Of a stretch of 64,000 nucleotides of DNA, positions 37,616 to 47,736 are shown piece after piece. Position 1 is the stretch's first letter. Every line of letters begins with the position of its first letter. A program made the position numbers and the translations under genes. Source of the DNA: Nitrososphaerota archaeon. Lineage in GTDB: Archaea; Thermoproteota; Nitrososphaeria; Conexivisphaerales; DTJL01. Below the pieces are notes generated by a model. It was not told the origin of the DNA. It searched no databases and saw nothing but the letters and a program-made list of their open reading frames with translations. The DNA lies in NCBI GenBank assembly GCA_021324115.1, contig JAJPJS010000016.1:76376-140375 (forward strand). Direction: 5' to 3'.

Positions 37616-40084
37616 ATGAGACGTTCATTCCTGATAGGCGTTTTCATTGTAATCACGCTACTCATATCCTATTTTTCCCAAAGCGTAAGTGTCCTTGGTC
37701 CGGTCAACGGAGCCTGGGTTTCGATACGTGGTTCTGAAGTAGGGAACCGAAACTTTTCTCTGCCGGGACTTGAGCACAACGTTACAATTGAAATAGACTC
37801 ATCTGGAACAGCCCACATATACGCGGTTACCGACCACGACCTGTTCTATGCCCAGGGATTCTATTCAGCCTATATGAGGCTGGATCAGATGGAACTCCAG
37901 GCAATACTGGCCTCGGGCAATCTCACGAAGTTCATTGGTTCTGCAGGGATCTCCTCCGACAGAACTGTCATGGAGATCGGGCTCCCATGGAACGCCTACA
38001 ATCAGGAGAAGAACATCAGTAGAAACTTTCCCAGTTTCTACACGCTGCTTGAATCATACAGCGCGGGAGTAAACGCATACATTCACAGCAGCTACTACGT
38101 TTCCCCTCTCTTGTTCAAGCTCGCCAATATACATCCTTTTGACTGGTCCCCCTACTACAGCCTGGTGTGGCAGGAATACATGAGCTGGACTCTCACCACA
38201 GGGGCAAGCGACCCGCTCGAATACTCACTCTTCTACCAGGCGTTCGGGTCCAACGAAACGTCGCTTCTCTGGCCCTACTATCCTTACTATACCCAGAATG
38301 CCACGGTTGTCCCCGGTGACGGAACGGTGAACGGGTACAACCTTGCGAGCCAGAAGATAAACCCGCATTACCTCTGGTCCCTTGACTGGGTGCAGCAGTG
38401 GGCAACAGGAGTGAACACTTCCCTTCTCGGTCAGCTGAAGCCCCTCATACGGGATGCCCTTGGCAATATCTCTGACCCATACCTTTCGTCATTTGAAGGT
38501 TCCTTCATCGGAAGTAACAGCTGGGTTGTAGGGGGAAATGACAGCTTCTCGGGTTCGCCCATGCTCGCGAACGACCCTCACCTTCCTCTCTATGCCCCAT
38601 CCCTCTGGATCCCAATGCAGCTCGTTGACACGAATTATAACGTGACGGGCTGGTCCTTAGCTGGAGAACCGGGTATTCTCATTGGACACACGGCCGACAC
38701 GGCATGGGGGCTCACGACTCCCGAAGGAAACTCGGCAAACGATTATCTTGAGGTTCTCAACGGAAATCAGTATCTTTACTCGGGTTCTTGGCACAACATG
38801 ACCTACGTGACGTATTCCCTTGGAGGTACTCCCTTCCGCGTGTATTACACAAATAACGGTCCTCTGATCGCCCGGAACTCGCAGTATGGAATTTCACTGA
38901 ACTGGGCAGCCTCCTATGGAAACTCGTACGACCTTCTCGCCGAGCTCATGCTTGACAACTCCACTAGCTACCAGCAGATGCTGAATGCGCTCAAGTACTG
39001 GGGATCCCCTCCCCAGAACTTCGCACTCGTGTCCAGGAATCACGAAGGATACATAACGGCCGGAATATATCCCACCATATCAGAAAGGCTTCCTGATGGG
39101 AGGTCCGTGCTGGTTGTCGGCTCCAGGTCGCTTCTCAATGGCACCATGTCAAGCTGGGAGCCGACGGGACAGGTGCCCTTCCACTATCTTCCTCAGGCTG
39201 AAGACCCCCAAAGGGGGTACATGTTCGCGCCCAACCAGCCAACCGTGGGCGAGAACTATCCCTATCCTTTCGTGGGCGGGTACTGGGACTCGGGAGGCAG
39301 GGCCCTATCCATCCTGAGTTACCTGAACTCCCACCAGCCCATGAAAATGCAGAACATGATGGATTTACAGTCCAACCTCACCGATTACTGGGCATTCCTG
39401 CTGACTCCACTTTTCCTCAACGCCCTCAAGGGGTCTCAGACCAGCGGTACAGAGTCGACAGCCCTTATGTATCTGAGCAGCTGGAACCATGAAGCACAGA
39501 ATGATTCTGTGGGCATGACCATCTACTGGTATCTGCTCTCCGAATTTGACAACATGACGTACGCCCGCCTCTATCAGGAGGCAGGCCTGTCTGGTTTGCC
39601 ACTTCCATTCCCTTCCACGACGGTATACGTGCATTCCATACAACCTGACTCACCCGTCTTTGGGGGCAGTCTCAACCGGACCGTGGAACAGGCGTTTGCT
39701 TCTGCGGTAAACCTTCTTTCCCAGAAGCTTGGAGGCAACGTCAGTGATTGGACGTGGGGGAGGGTTCACCTGCTTGAGATCAGAAGCGAAAGTGGGATCG
39801 CTTCGCTATCACTGGGCCCATTCCCTGTCTGGGGTGACACGTACACCGTGAGCGTTGGAGGGGTGCCGGAGGATCTAGTGGTTCCCGAACCCTATGTCAC
39901 GGTAGGCTCTTCACTCAGATTCATCGCCTCTCCTGCCCTTGGACTCTTCTACGGCGTATTCCCAGGTGGACCAAGTGGGAACGTGGTGAGCAGCTTCTAT
40001 TCCACGCAGTTGGAAGCATGGATTTCTCATGAATACTACAACATGAATAACCAGACGATTGTTGCAAGGTGGGACATGGGATGA
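37616..40084 (+). CDS. secreted penicillin-acylase-family Ntn hydrolase (peptidase S45)
   Basis: A signal/anchor (MRRSFLIGVFIVITLLISYF) is followed by the Ntn-Ser context FIGSNSWVVGG, then ANDPHLPLYAPSLW. There are many N-x-S/T sequons. The ORF is open from 37574. Confidence 0.8.
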   Translation: MRRSFLIGVFIVITLLISYFSQSVSVLGPVNGAWVSIRGSEVGNRNFSLPGLEHNVTIEIDSSGTAHIYAVTDHDLFYAQGFYSAYMRLDQMELQAILASGNLTKFIGSAGISSDRTVMEIGLPWNAYNQEKNISRNFPSFYTLLESYSAGVNAYIHSSYYVSPLLFKLANIHPFDWSPYYSLVWQEYMSWTLTTGASDPLEYSLFYQAFGSNETSLLWPYYPYYTQNATVVPGDGTVNGYNLASQKINPHYLWSLDWVQQWATGVNTSLLGQLKPLIRDALGNISDPYLSSFEGSFIGSNSWVVGGNDSFSGSPMLANDPHLPLYAPSLWIPMQLVDTNYNVTGWSLAGEPGILIGHTADTAWGLTTPEGNSANDYLEVLNGNQYLYSGSWHNMTYVTYSLGGTPFRVYYTNNGPLIARNSQYGISLNWAASYGNSYDLLAELMLDNSTSYQQMLNALKYWGSPPQNFALVSRNHEGYITAGIYPTISERLPDGRSVLVVGSRSLLNGTMSSWEPTGQVPFHYLPQAEDPQRGYMFAPNQPTVGENYPYPFVGGYWDSGGRALSILSYLNSHQPMKMQNMMDLQSNLTDYWAFLLTPLFLNALKGSQTSGTESTALMYLSSWNHEAQNDSVGMTIYWYLLSEFDNMTYARLYQEAGLSGLPLPFPSTTVYVHSIQPDSPVFGGSLNRTVEQAFASAVNLLSQKLGGNVSDWTWGRVHLLEIRSESGIASLSLGPFPVWGDTYTVSVGGVPEDLVVPEPYVTVGSSLRFIASPALGLFYGVFPGGPSGNVVSSFYSTQLEAWISHEYYNMNNQTIVARWDMG

Positions 40085-40458
40085 GAATCCAACTTTTCGC
40101 TATTCCGGCATCTGTTGTTATCGCATACACCGCGGTGATACTGACCTCCTACGCTTGGCTAGGCGTAGTCGTCTCGCTCCCCCTCCTGTTTCTGAGGCCC
40201 TGGAAGTCGTTCATGGCCGGTCTTTTGATAGGCCTTGTGTCCTCATTTTCGATGTATGTCATCTATCCTGCTTCATCACTGATTGCAATGTCAGATGTAC
40301 TTGGAGGTGTCGCAGGGCTTCCTCCTATTCTTGCACTTTCGATATATCCTGTAATGTTTTCACTGATAACCGCGTTTTCTGCTTCAATGTGGTCAGAATT
40401 ATATGCCAAATACACGCACAGAGATACGAAACCTGGACCCGTAGTTGCAAATCCATAG
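40081..40458 (+). CDS. small multi-TM membrane protein
   Basis: Its ATG overlaps the acylase stop (ATGA). There are four hydrophobic segments. Confidence 0.5.
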   Translation: MRIQLFAIPASVVIAYTAVILTSYAWLGVVVSLPLLFLRPWKSFMAGLLIGLVSSFSMYVIYPASSLIAMSDVLGGVAGLPPILALSIYPVMFSLITAFSASMWSELYAKYTHRDTKPGPVVANP

Positions 40459-40519
40459 TATGAGGAGTCATAGATCAGGCTAATCCACACGAAGTCATTT
40501 CTGTATCGCCTACGAGAAG

Positions 40520-41437
40520 TTATCCTGTGGTTTTATCTCTTGTTGATAGCGCATCATACACCTTCTTCAGTGCTTGGGTTCCCTTTTCCCCATACCCCAT
40601 TTCTGTAAGGGCCGTGTACAGTTGAAGCACCGTGGAAGTTCCAAGCACGGGAACTCCGACTTCCTTTGCCAGGTCTGCGGCGTATGATAGATCCTTCTTC
40701 AGGTGAGCAACCTTGAAACCTGGTTCCAGGTCATTCTTCATGATCTTTGGAAGCAGGTTTTGGACAGTGAAAGAATTGGCGGCCCCGTTCGAGAGCACTT
40801 CGAACAACTTCGTGTCAGAGACCCCCGCCTTTCTGGCAATCATGAATGCTTCCGTGCAGGCAAGCATGTCAAGCGCTACTACGACCTGATTGCAAAGCTT
40901 CAGAAGTTGTCCTGAACCGGTTGGACCCGCATAAACTACCTTCTTTCCCATGTGCTCGAACAAAGCTCTGGCCCTTTCAAAATCAGTCTCCTTCCCCCCG
41001 ACCATTATCGTAAGCGTTCCATCCTGGGCTCCCCTTTGTCCTCCCGTAACAGGTGCATCAAGAAATCCAACACCCTTGGCTGCAAGGATAGACTCCAGCC
41101 TTTTTGCTCCTCTGGGAGAGTTGGTGCCCATATCAACAAATATTTCACCTTCCTTGCAGCCCGATAGGTAGCCGTCCTTTTCCGTCAGCACCTGTTCGAC
41201 ATCTACTGCATCGGTAAGCACTGATATGGTGATCCCACATTCTTTCGCGACCTCCCTGGGAGATTCAACAACCTTCGCACCCAGTGCCTGAAGAGAGGCT
41301 GCTTTCGACCTGGTGCGATTATATATCACCAAGGAATGCCCATTCTTTATGAGATTCAGTGCCATCGGGAGGCCCATTATCCCAAGCCCGATGAAGCCTA
41401 CCCTGTCTGATGAGCTTTGCATGGCTTCAGTGAACAA
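40520..41437 (-). CDS. 3-hydroxyisobutyrate / 2-hydroxy-3-oxopropionate dehydrogenase-family NAD(P) oxidoreductase
   Basis: Rossmann GFIGLGIMGLPMALNL, FLDAPVTGG and a conserved Lys region (KLCNQ). Confidence 0.8.
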   Translation of the reverse strand: MFTEAMQSSSDRVGFIGLGIMGLPMALNLIKNGHSLVIYNRTRSKAASLQALGAKVVESPREVAKECGITISVLTDAVDVEQVLTEKDGYLSGCKEGEIFVDMGTNSPRGAKRLESILAAKGVGFLDAPVTGGQRGAQDGTLTIMVGGKETDFERARALFEHMGKKVVYAGPTGSGQLLKLCNQVVVALDMLACTEAFMIARKAGVSDTKLFEVLSNGAANSFTVQNLLPKIMKNDLEPGFKVAHLKKDLSYAADLAKEVGVPVLGTSTVLQLYTALTEMGYGEKGTQALKKVYDALSTRDKTTG

Positions 41438-41624
41438 GAGGCCGGATTTTTAGCGTTGCCCTATTCGATCGACCCTAATCGCTCAAACATACAGCTTCCG
41501 AATGACCGTTCAAAATGGAGCAGTTCGCTTTCGCGAACAAAAACGATGATAACCGATCGTTCATATAATTTTCCATCCTTAAGACTTATTACAAGAACAG
41601 TTCCATCATCAGGAACTGTGTAAA

Positions 41625-42581
41625 ATGCCTGATATAATCACGCTTGGAGAACCTCTTATTCAGCTGAATGCGGTGACGCCCGGCCCATTGAGATACGTGA
41701 CCTACTTCGAAAAGCATGTCGCGGGGGCAGAGGCGAACTTCGCAGTAGCAGCAACACGAATGGGTTTTTCCACAGGCCTAATCACGAAGGTAGGTGACGA
41801 CGAATTTGGAAGGGACATCATCGAGACGCTCAGGGCACGTGGGGTGGACGTTTCCCACATAGCCGTAGAAAAGGATGGTTACACAGGGATATATTTCATT
41901 CAGCGGGGCTACCCTGTTCCGGGGAAGAGCACTTCTGTCTATTACAGAAAAGGTTCTGCAGCCAGCCATTTGTCCCCCCTGGATGTCGACCCAGCATATC
42001 TGAGGGGAGCGAAGCATCTGCATATAACGGGCATCACCCCCGCGCTGAGCGAGTCCTGCAGAGAAACCTGCATGGCAGCAGCCAAGCTGGCAAAACAGCT
42101 TGGAATGAAGGTGTCGCTGGATACGAACATAAGGCCGAAGCTCTGGGGAAGCACCGACGCGAGAAGCGCGCTACTTCCTCTCGTTTCTTACGCAGATATT
42201 CTGTTCACAGACAATGATGACACAAGGACACTCGTTGGGTCTCAGGGATCATCAGCCGCTTACGCACTCATATCCAAGGGTCCGCAGATAGTCGTGCTGA
42301 AGGGTGGAGCCAGAGGAGCAGCAGCTTATACAAAGGCAGGACCGATAGAGGAACCCGGTTTCAAGGTCGGCGTGGTTGATCCCACCGGTGCTGGTGATGC
42401 GTTTGCCGGCATATTTGTTTCAGGTATCCTCAAGGGGTGGAAGCTTCAGGACTGCCTCCGTGCAGGCAACGTGGCAGGCTCCCTCGTGGTCACGGTCAGG
42501 GGCGACCAGGAGAACATACCGACAGAAGAGGATATCAAATCGTTTCTGGAGAAATATTCAGGAGAGGGTACAGGAAAGTGA
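41625..42581 (+). CDS. kdgK: 2-keto-3-deoxygluconate kinase (PfkB family)
   Basis: ITLGEPLIQL ... GAEANFAVA ... DPTGAGDAFAG (PfkB signature). It is directly coupled to the aldolase gene. Confidence 0.75.
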   Translation: MPDIITLGEPLIQLNAVTPGPLRYVTYFEKHVAGAEANFAVAATRMGFSTGLITKVGDDEFGRDIIETLRARGVDVSHIAVEKDGYTGIYFIQRGYPVPGKSTSVYYRKGSAASHLSPLDVDPAYLRGAKHLHITGITPALSESCRETCMAAAKLAKQLGMKVSLDTNIRPKLWGSTDARSALLPLVSYADILFTDNDDTRTLVGSQGSSAAYALISKGPQIVVLKGGARGAAAYTKAGPIEEPGFKVGVVDPTGAGDAFAGIFVSGILKGWKLQDCLRAGNVAGSLVVTVRGDQENIPTEEDIKSFLEKYSGEGTGK

Positions 42582-43465
42582 AGAAACATTTACCCATATC
42601 GGGTGTTATCACCGCTCTGATCACCCCTTTCGATTCGGGGAACAGGCCCAGCCTGAAAGCGTTGAAAAGTATCGTTTCCTTTCAGCTCGAGAAAGGTATC
42701 CATGGCGTCTTCCCACTCGGAACAACAGGTATGGGCCTTCTGATGAATCCTAGGGAAAGGATGGAGGTCGCGGAAGCGGTGATTGCCGAGACGGCTGGAA
42801 AGGTTCCTGTCATAGTACACACCGGTGCGATGGACACTGCCACCACGGTGGAGCTGTCAAGACACGCAGAAAAGGCGGGTGCTGACGCGATCTCCTGCAT
42901 CGCCCCCTTCTTCTTCAGGTCGGACGATGCCACAATCGTCAGACACTTTGAACAGGTTTCAAAGGCCGTCACAATACCGGTGTTCGCGTACAACAACCCC
43001 AAGGCGAGCGGCGTCAACATCAGCCTGCCTGCGCTTCAAAAATTGAGTGGATCAGGAACGATATACGGCCTAAAGGATTCGAGCCGTGACTTTCTCAGAC
43101 TTGTGGAATGCGTGGAGAAACTGCCAGATGATTTTGTCGTACTCAACGGGACGGAAAACTATGCGCTGCCTTCTCTTGTCATGGGGGTCAGGGGAATGAT
43201 TTCGGCCGTCGCGAACATAATCCCGGAGTACATGATCGAACTGTACGACTCTTACAAGTCCGGTGATTTCAAACGGGCGATTAAGTCACAGAGAAGAGTA
43301 AACGAGGTGAAAAGGCTGACGGAAGAGTATGGCCTCGGCGCACTGTTCACAATCCTGCAGGAAAGAGGTGTGGAATGTGGAGCGCCTCGTGCCCCTGTGC
43401 TTCAGCTGGGACGGCAGGAATGCAGGGCCGTGCTGAATGCGTGGAAGAAACTCGCACCTGAATAA
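42578..43465 (+). CDS. kdgA: KD(P)G aldolase / DHDPS-NAL family lyase
   Basis: The GTG start overlaps the kdgK stop (GTGA). Motifs: GVITALITPF, PLGTTGMG, FAYNNP and the Schiff-base Lys in IYGLKDSS. The ORF is open from 42437, but that part overlaps kdgK. Confidence 0.7.
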   Translation: MKKHLPISGVITALITPFDSGNRPSLKALKSIVSFQLEKGIHGVFPLGTTGMGLLMNPRERMEVAEAVIAETAGKVPVIVHTGAMDTATTVELSRHAEKAGADAISCIAPFFFRSDDATIVRHFEQVSKAVTIPVFAYNNPKASGVNISLPALQKLSGSGTIYGLKDSSRDFLRLVECVEKLPDDFVVLNGTENYALPSLVMGVRGMISAVANIIPEYMIELYDSYKSGDFKRAIKSQRRVNEVKRLTEEYGLGALFTILQERGVECGAPRAPVLQLGRQECRAVLNAWKKLAPE

Positions 43466-43518
43466 TACAATGGTTACGCTATTCGCCATTTTGCGTCAGG
43501 CTTTGATGCAAGCAAATC

Positions 43519-43701
43519 TCAACGCGAAAGGCGCATCAGAAAGAAGTTCGCGAATCTGTAGGAGTGCAGCCTGAGCTTCATCACCCCGAACAGGACAACG
43601 AAGGCGAATGCAGGAATCGCAAAGTTCAGAGACACCAGCGATGCCGCCAGAAAGAACAGAATAGCTCCTCTAGCCGAGCCATGAAGCGCTAAAGATAGCA
43701 T
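43519..43701 (-). CDS. hypothetical small membrane protein
   Basis: The internal ATG gives MLSLALHGSARGAILFFLAASLVSLNFAIPAFAFVVLFGV.... The longer ORF (to 43794) would overlap the upstream kinase gene. Confidence 0.3.
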   Translation of the reverse strand: MLSLALHGSARGAILFFLAASLVSLNFAIPAFAFVVLFGVMKLRLHSYRFANFFLMRLSR

Positions 43702-43756
43702 CTTGATAGAGTGCCTGGTGTTCTCGTACCTTCCGTAAAGGCTGAACCTCCATCTG

Positions 43757-44323
43757 TCAACTGCCTTCAGCGCCGCCGAAGTCTTTATTCTCATACGGTT
43801 TGAAATTTCTTTGAACAGTTATATTAACAGTTTGCTTCTCCATTTCGCGTTTGACCAGCAGGGCAGCTTCCTCCGGTCGCATGGCTGTAGTATCTATTTT
43901 CAAGCAATCCAACGGGACCTCATATCTGGAAATCAGGTGTGCGAATCTTGATCTCGGGACCTGTGCCTCCCTGGATCGATTACGCCCATAAGCAACTTCC
44001 GGGTCGCATACAAGACACACCGTAATCTGGCTCTCGCAGAGAGGGCGAAGCGCCTCCAGTGCCCTTCGTCTGTAATCGTTCCTCAGGAATGTTGCATCCA
44101 GCACCACGTGGTAACCAGAGTCCAGAGCCTTTCTTGCGATGTCTGTGCAGACATCGTACACAAACGCAGATTCCTTGTGGGTGTATCTCGGCCGGGCCAT
44201 CATGAATCGGATGGCGTCTGATTGAATGTGAATCGAATTCCCCAGCATTCTGGATAGTATCTTTGCAATTGTTGTCTTCCCGCTCCCCGGCACGCCACAG
44301 ATGAGAACCAAAGTGGGCGCCAA
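43757..44323 (-). CDS. P-loop kinase (AAA_33 / PSTK-KTI12-like)
   Basis: LVLICGVPGSGKTTIAKIL (Walker A), VVLDATF (Walker B-like). Confidence 0.65.
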   Translation of the reverse strand: MAPTLVLICGVPGSGKTTIAKILSRMLGNSIHIQSDAIRFMMARPRYTHKESAFVYDVCTDIARKALDSGYHVVLDATFLRNDYRRRALEALRPLCESQITVCLVCDPEVAYGRNRSREAQVPRSRFAHLISRYEVPLDCLKIDTTAMRPEEAALLVKREMEKQTVNITVQRNFKPYENKDFGGAEGS

Positions 44324-44524
44324 ATATCGCTCTCAGCTTCCAACAACAGAACTGGGATATATATGATTCAAGTATTTGGGTTTCGATAAGCGTGTTCGCA
44401 TTATATCTGCTGCCGTTGGATACGTTTTGCTCTATCTTCATTAAAGAGTTGGCAACTATGTCCATACTTATGTATAATCCGCAGCCAGCCTCGCCCCCGC
44501 CTATTTCCGTGCTTTGAGTGGGCC

Positions 44525-44800
44525 CTACTCCTTCCCATAGGAGCCAAATTTGTGAAATTCGACATCCTCTCTCCTAACAGCAACGAGAGTTTCCGAAGAA
44601 ACCACATTCGTCCGTCCCATCAGGAGTTCCAGTACAGGCTTTTCGCTCGATGCTTCGAATATGATCACTTCATCATATCTACCCAGTGTAATGTAATGCG
44701 ATAGTATCCTGATATTCCTCTTTTTTGCCTCAGTTTTCAATACATTCACGTCGGATTTAGCCGGCTCCCCCTTGAACTTGGCCATACTAATCAATATCAT
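44525..44800 (-). CDS. GYD-domain protein
   Basis: 91 aa with ITLGRYDEVIIFEASSEKP, typical of the GYD family. Confidence 0.65.
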   Translation of the reverse strand: MILISMAKFKGEPAKSDVNVLKTEAKKRNIRILSHYITLGRYDEVIIFEASSEKPVLELLMGRTNVVSSETLVAVRREDVEFHKFGSYGKE

Positions 44801-44944
44801 GACTTATCATAATAACTTCCGGCTATTTAGGTTTTGAATCTGCAGTCGTGCAAAGAGCACGGGACAGTCGCACAGCATGGGCGGATAGAATTCCGGCAGA
44901 ATTTATGTCAGGCATTCTACTGCCTCATGAAGCTGCTTTCCCTG

Positions 44945-45781
44945 CTATTCGCCAAATATGTTTGGAGGAAGCTCAGCCCTTTCCAGTCTACAGGCAGGCT
45001 CCTTTTCACTCAAAAATACAGCGGAAAAACCAGCATTGAAATACTTTGTATAAACTTCGCGTGTGGCTTCCCTCCATCTGTTCGCCTCCTCCCTGCTCCT
45101 TTCTTTAACCTTCAGAATGTCACGTGGAATGTCCACCAAAACAGTTCTGACATCCAGGTCAATGCTCCAGTCAGCGCATCTCTCGATTCCGTCCTTATGT
45201 GTTTTTTTGACTGGTCTGAATGGCTCTTCCGCCTTCGATACATCCATACTCCAGCTGGGCGGTCTGTTAAATCCCAGAAACCATTCCGCAAGCACTCTAT
45301 CTGTTGGCCAACCGTAGTTGATGGTATCCTCCATTGGCCCGTAGTAATCTACATAATAGTTCCTGAAGATGACTCCAAGCTTGTTCAGATTGAAGTGTAG
45401 ATTCCTTGTTATCAGCGGGTCGAATGTCCAGGCTATCAGGTCAAACCCGGAGTCTCTAGCATACTTTTTCTGCTCCAGCTTGAGCATGTAGCCTACCCCC
45501 CTGGACTGGTAATCTTTGACCACCCCGGTTTGATGGGAATACATGTAGAGCTTACCAGCCTTCGAACCCAAGAACGAGAGGGCCATTCCCACCATCCTTT
45601 CTCCGTCGAACGCCCCAAGCACCAGCCCACCGTTTGACAGTATAGCCTTCATGATATCCTTCGGGGTGACCATGCGTTCTGTCATCCCCCAGGCTTCCAG
45701 CTGCACCTTCTCCGCCTGTAACAGCTCCTTGGGGGAGTTCAGGGGCCTGATGGAAATGTTCACGCATATTACTGGAGTCAT
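44945..45781 (-). CDS. GNAT-superfamily acyltransferase
   Basis: 278 aa. HQTGVVKDYQSRGVGYMLKLEQKKYA fits motif A. It is divergent from the enolase-superfamily racemase gene. Confidence 0.7.
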   Translation of the reverse strand: MTPVICVNISIRPLNSPKELLQAEKVQLEAWGMTERMVTPKDIMKAILSNGGLVLGAFDGERMVGMALSFLGSKAGKLYMYSHQTGVVKDYQSRGVGYMLKLEQKKYARDSGFDLIAWTFDPLITRNLHFNLNKLGVIFRNYYVDYYGPMEDTINYGWPTDRVLAEWFLGFNRPPSWSMDVSKAEEPFRPVKKTHKDGIERCADWSIDLDVRTVLVDIPRDILKVKERSREEANRWREATREVYTKYFNAGFSAVFLSEKEPACRLERAELPPNIFGE

Positions 45782-46060
45782 CTGGGATATTAAATCTCAT
45801 TCTTCTTATCTCATTCTTGCATGGCTGGTAAGATGGAGCTGTTCGCCTTCGAATCTAAAGCGGCTTATTTTGAAACTTGCACAACGACTCGAGTTGAAGC
45901 TGTAACCCGCAGGCCCCCGGCTGCCTAGCTGGACGAATAGAGGCTTTCATCTGCTTCGTGGTGAAGTTCTTTATCCTAATTATTCTGAAACCGTTTCCCA
46001 CGAGAAATTTCGAAATATACGATTGTCTCGGCATCGATAAACCGATGGTATTTCTCGCAT

Positions 46061-47227
46061 TTGCAAAACGGCCGCACGGCTGGCCGTTTATGGATTTTAA
46101 ACTTAAAGTATGGCGATGCAATCATCGGACAGCGCTTGAAGTCACACCTACAGATTGATCTGGTCAGGCTCCCATTCCTTACTCCATTCACAACGAGCTT
46201 TGGAACGGAGACGGAACGCAACGCTTTGATCCTGAGGTACACAAAAGGTGACGTAGTCGCATATTCGGAGTGTGTTACTTCGAAAGACCCCTTGTACAGC
46301 TATGAGGACAACTCAACCGCGCTTCACATAATCAGAAGATATCTTGTCAAGATGATGAAGGATGAACCATCGCCCGCGGAATTTACCGAAAAGGCCCGGC
46401 GTATCAGGGGGCACAATATGGCAAAGAGTGCGGTTGAAATGCTTCTTTGGGACCTTCAATCCAAGTTAAGCGGGATTCCCCTTTACAAGGCACTGGGAGG
46501 AAGCAAGGGGTTTGCCGAAGTGGGGATTTCAATCGGTATGTCCTCCCCCGAACGTATGGCATCTCTCGTCCAGGATGCATTGGCCAGGGGGTATAGGAGG
46601 ATAAAGGTCAAGATTGAGAAGGGACGAGAATACGAGATAATAAGAACGATACGGGATCGTTTTCCCTCTATCCCTCTCAGCGCGGACGCGAACTCTTGCT
46701 ACAGGCTGGGCGACCTTCAGATTCTGAAGAAGCTCGACAATTTCAATCTCGTCTACCTTGAGCAGCCACTTCAGGAGGATGACATTCTCGATCATTCTAG
46801 GCTGGCCAAGGAACTGTCCACGCCGATCTGCCTCGATGAATCGATAACTTCTGTGGAGAGGGCGAGGCAGGCATTTGAAATTGGAGCGGCAGCCGTGGTC
46901 AACATCAAGCCAGGAAGGCTGGGGGGACTTACAGAGTCCCTCAGGGTTGCCCGTTTAGCCATGGAAAATGGTATCCATACCTGGGTGGGAGGAATGCTTG
47001 AAACCGGAATAGGAAGATCCTTTAATGTCAGTCTCGCGTCAAGTTCGCTGGTCGATTACCCGGGTGACACTTCGCCCAATGACAAGTACTTTGCAAGGGA
47101 CATCGTAACAAACCCATTCAAAATGACAGACGGCATGATAAAACCGAACGATGGGCCCGGAATCGGAGTGCAGGTTGATGAGCCGTACCTTAAAACCTGT
47201 ACAAGAAGGAGTTGGCTGCTCTTCTAG
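46061..47227 (+). CDS. enolase-superfamily MLE-subgroup enzyme (o-succinylbenzoate synthase / N-acylamino-acid racemase type)
   Basis: RIKVKIEKG (K-x-K), LSADANSCY (Asp), VYLEQPL (Glu), CLDES (Asp), NIKPGRLGG (Lys). The start is uncertain. Confidence 0.8.
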   Translation: MQNGRTAGRLWILNLKYGDAIIGQRLKSHLQIDLVRLPFLTPFTTSFGTETERNALILRYTKGDVVAYSECVTSKDPLYSYEDNSTALHIIRRYLVKMMKDEPSPAEFTEKARRIRGHNMAKSAVEMLLWDLQSKLSGIPLYKALGGSKGFAEVGISIGMSSPERMASLVQDALARGYRRIKVKIEKGREYEIIRTIRDRFPSIPLSADANSCYRLGDLQILKKLDNFNLVYLEQPLQEDDILDHSRLAKELSTPICLDESITSVERARQAFEIGAAAVVNIKPGRLGGLTESLRVARLAMENGIHTWVGGMLETGIGRSFNVSLASSSLVDYPGDTSPNDKYFARDIVTNPFKMTDGMIKPNDGPGIGVQVDEPYLKTCTRRSWLLF

Positions 47228-47640
47228 GATTGAAGTATTCCCTTTACACTCACCACGAAGTCGGATATCCTTGCTACGGGAAAGTCCGGCTCTACCGAAG
47301 CAGCCACGTAAACTCTTTCAGAAACTGCAAAGAAAATGAGCTGTAGCTTCTCTCTGTGCACAAGTATATAGTTTGTCTGTCCGAAGTATTCATCGAATTC
47401 TTCGGCTAGGCACACGGTTAGTACGCTGTGGACCTGTTGCTTCATAGTCAGCTCGGGTGGTTCAAGTGATGCAATGCCTTTCCGGATAGCGCTGGCAAGG
47501 GGAATACCCATATCATTTACGACTGAGATGAACCTTACACGGTTGTCGAACTCCAAAGCCTGTTGAAGCATTTCAACCGTCGCCTTTGCGTCGCTAAGCA
47601 TATCGCTCTGCCTCGTGTTTTGGAACACCTGACGCTGCAT
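47224..47640 (-). CDS. hypothetical protein
   Basis: 138 aa; no motif recognised. It is convergent with the racemase gene, with a 4-nt overlap. Confidence 0.45.
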   Translation of the reverse strand: MQRQVFQNTRQSDMLSDAKATVEMLQQALEFDNRVRFISVVNDMGIPLASAIRKGIASLEPPELTMKQQVHSVLTVCLAEEFDEYFGQTNYILVHREKLQLIFFAVSERVYVAASVEPDFPVARISDFVVSVKGILQS

Positions 47641-47736
47641 GTTTATGTTGTTTAATAAGGGATTACGACATGCGATGCATATTCATGGCGGTCTCCTCCC
47701 ACAAACGCACAATCTCCCCGCACGCCCCCGCCCGAA

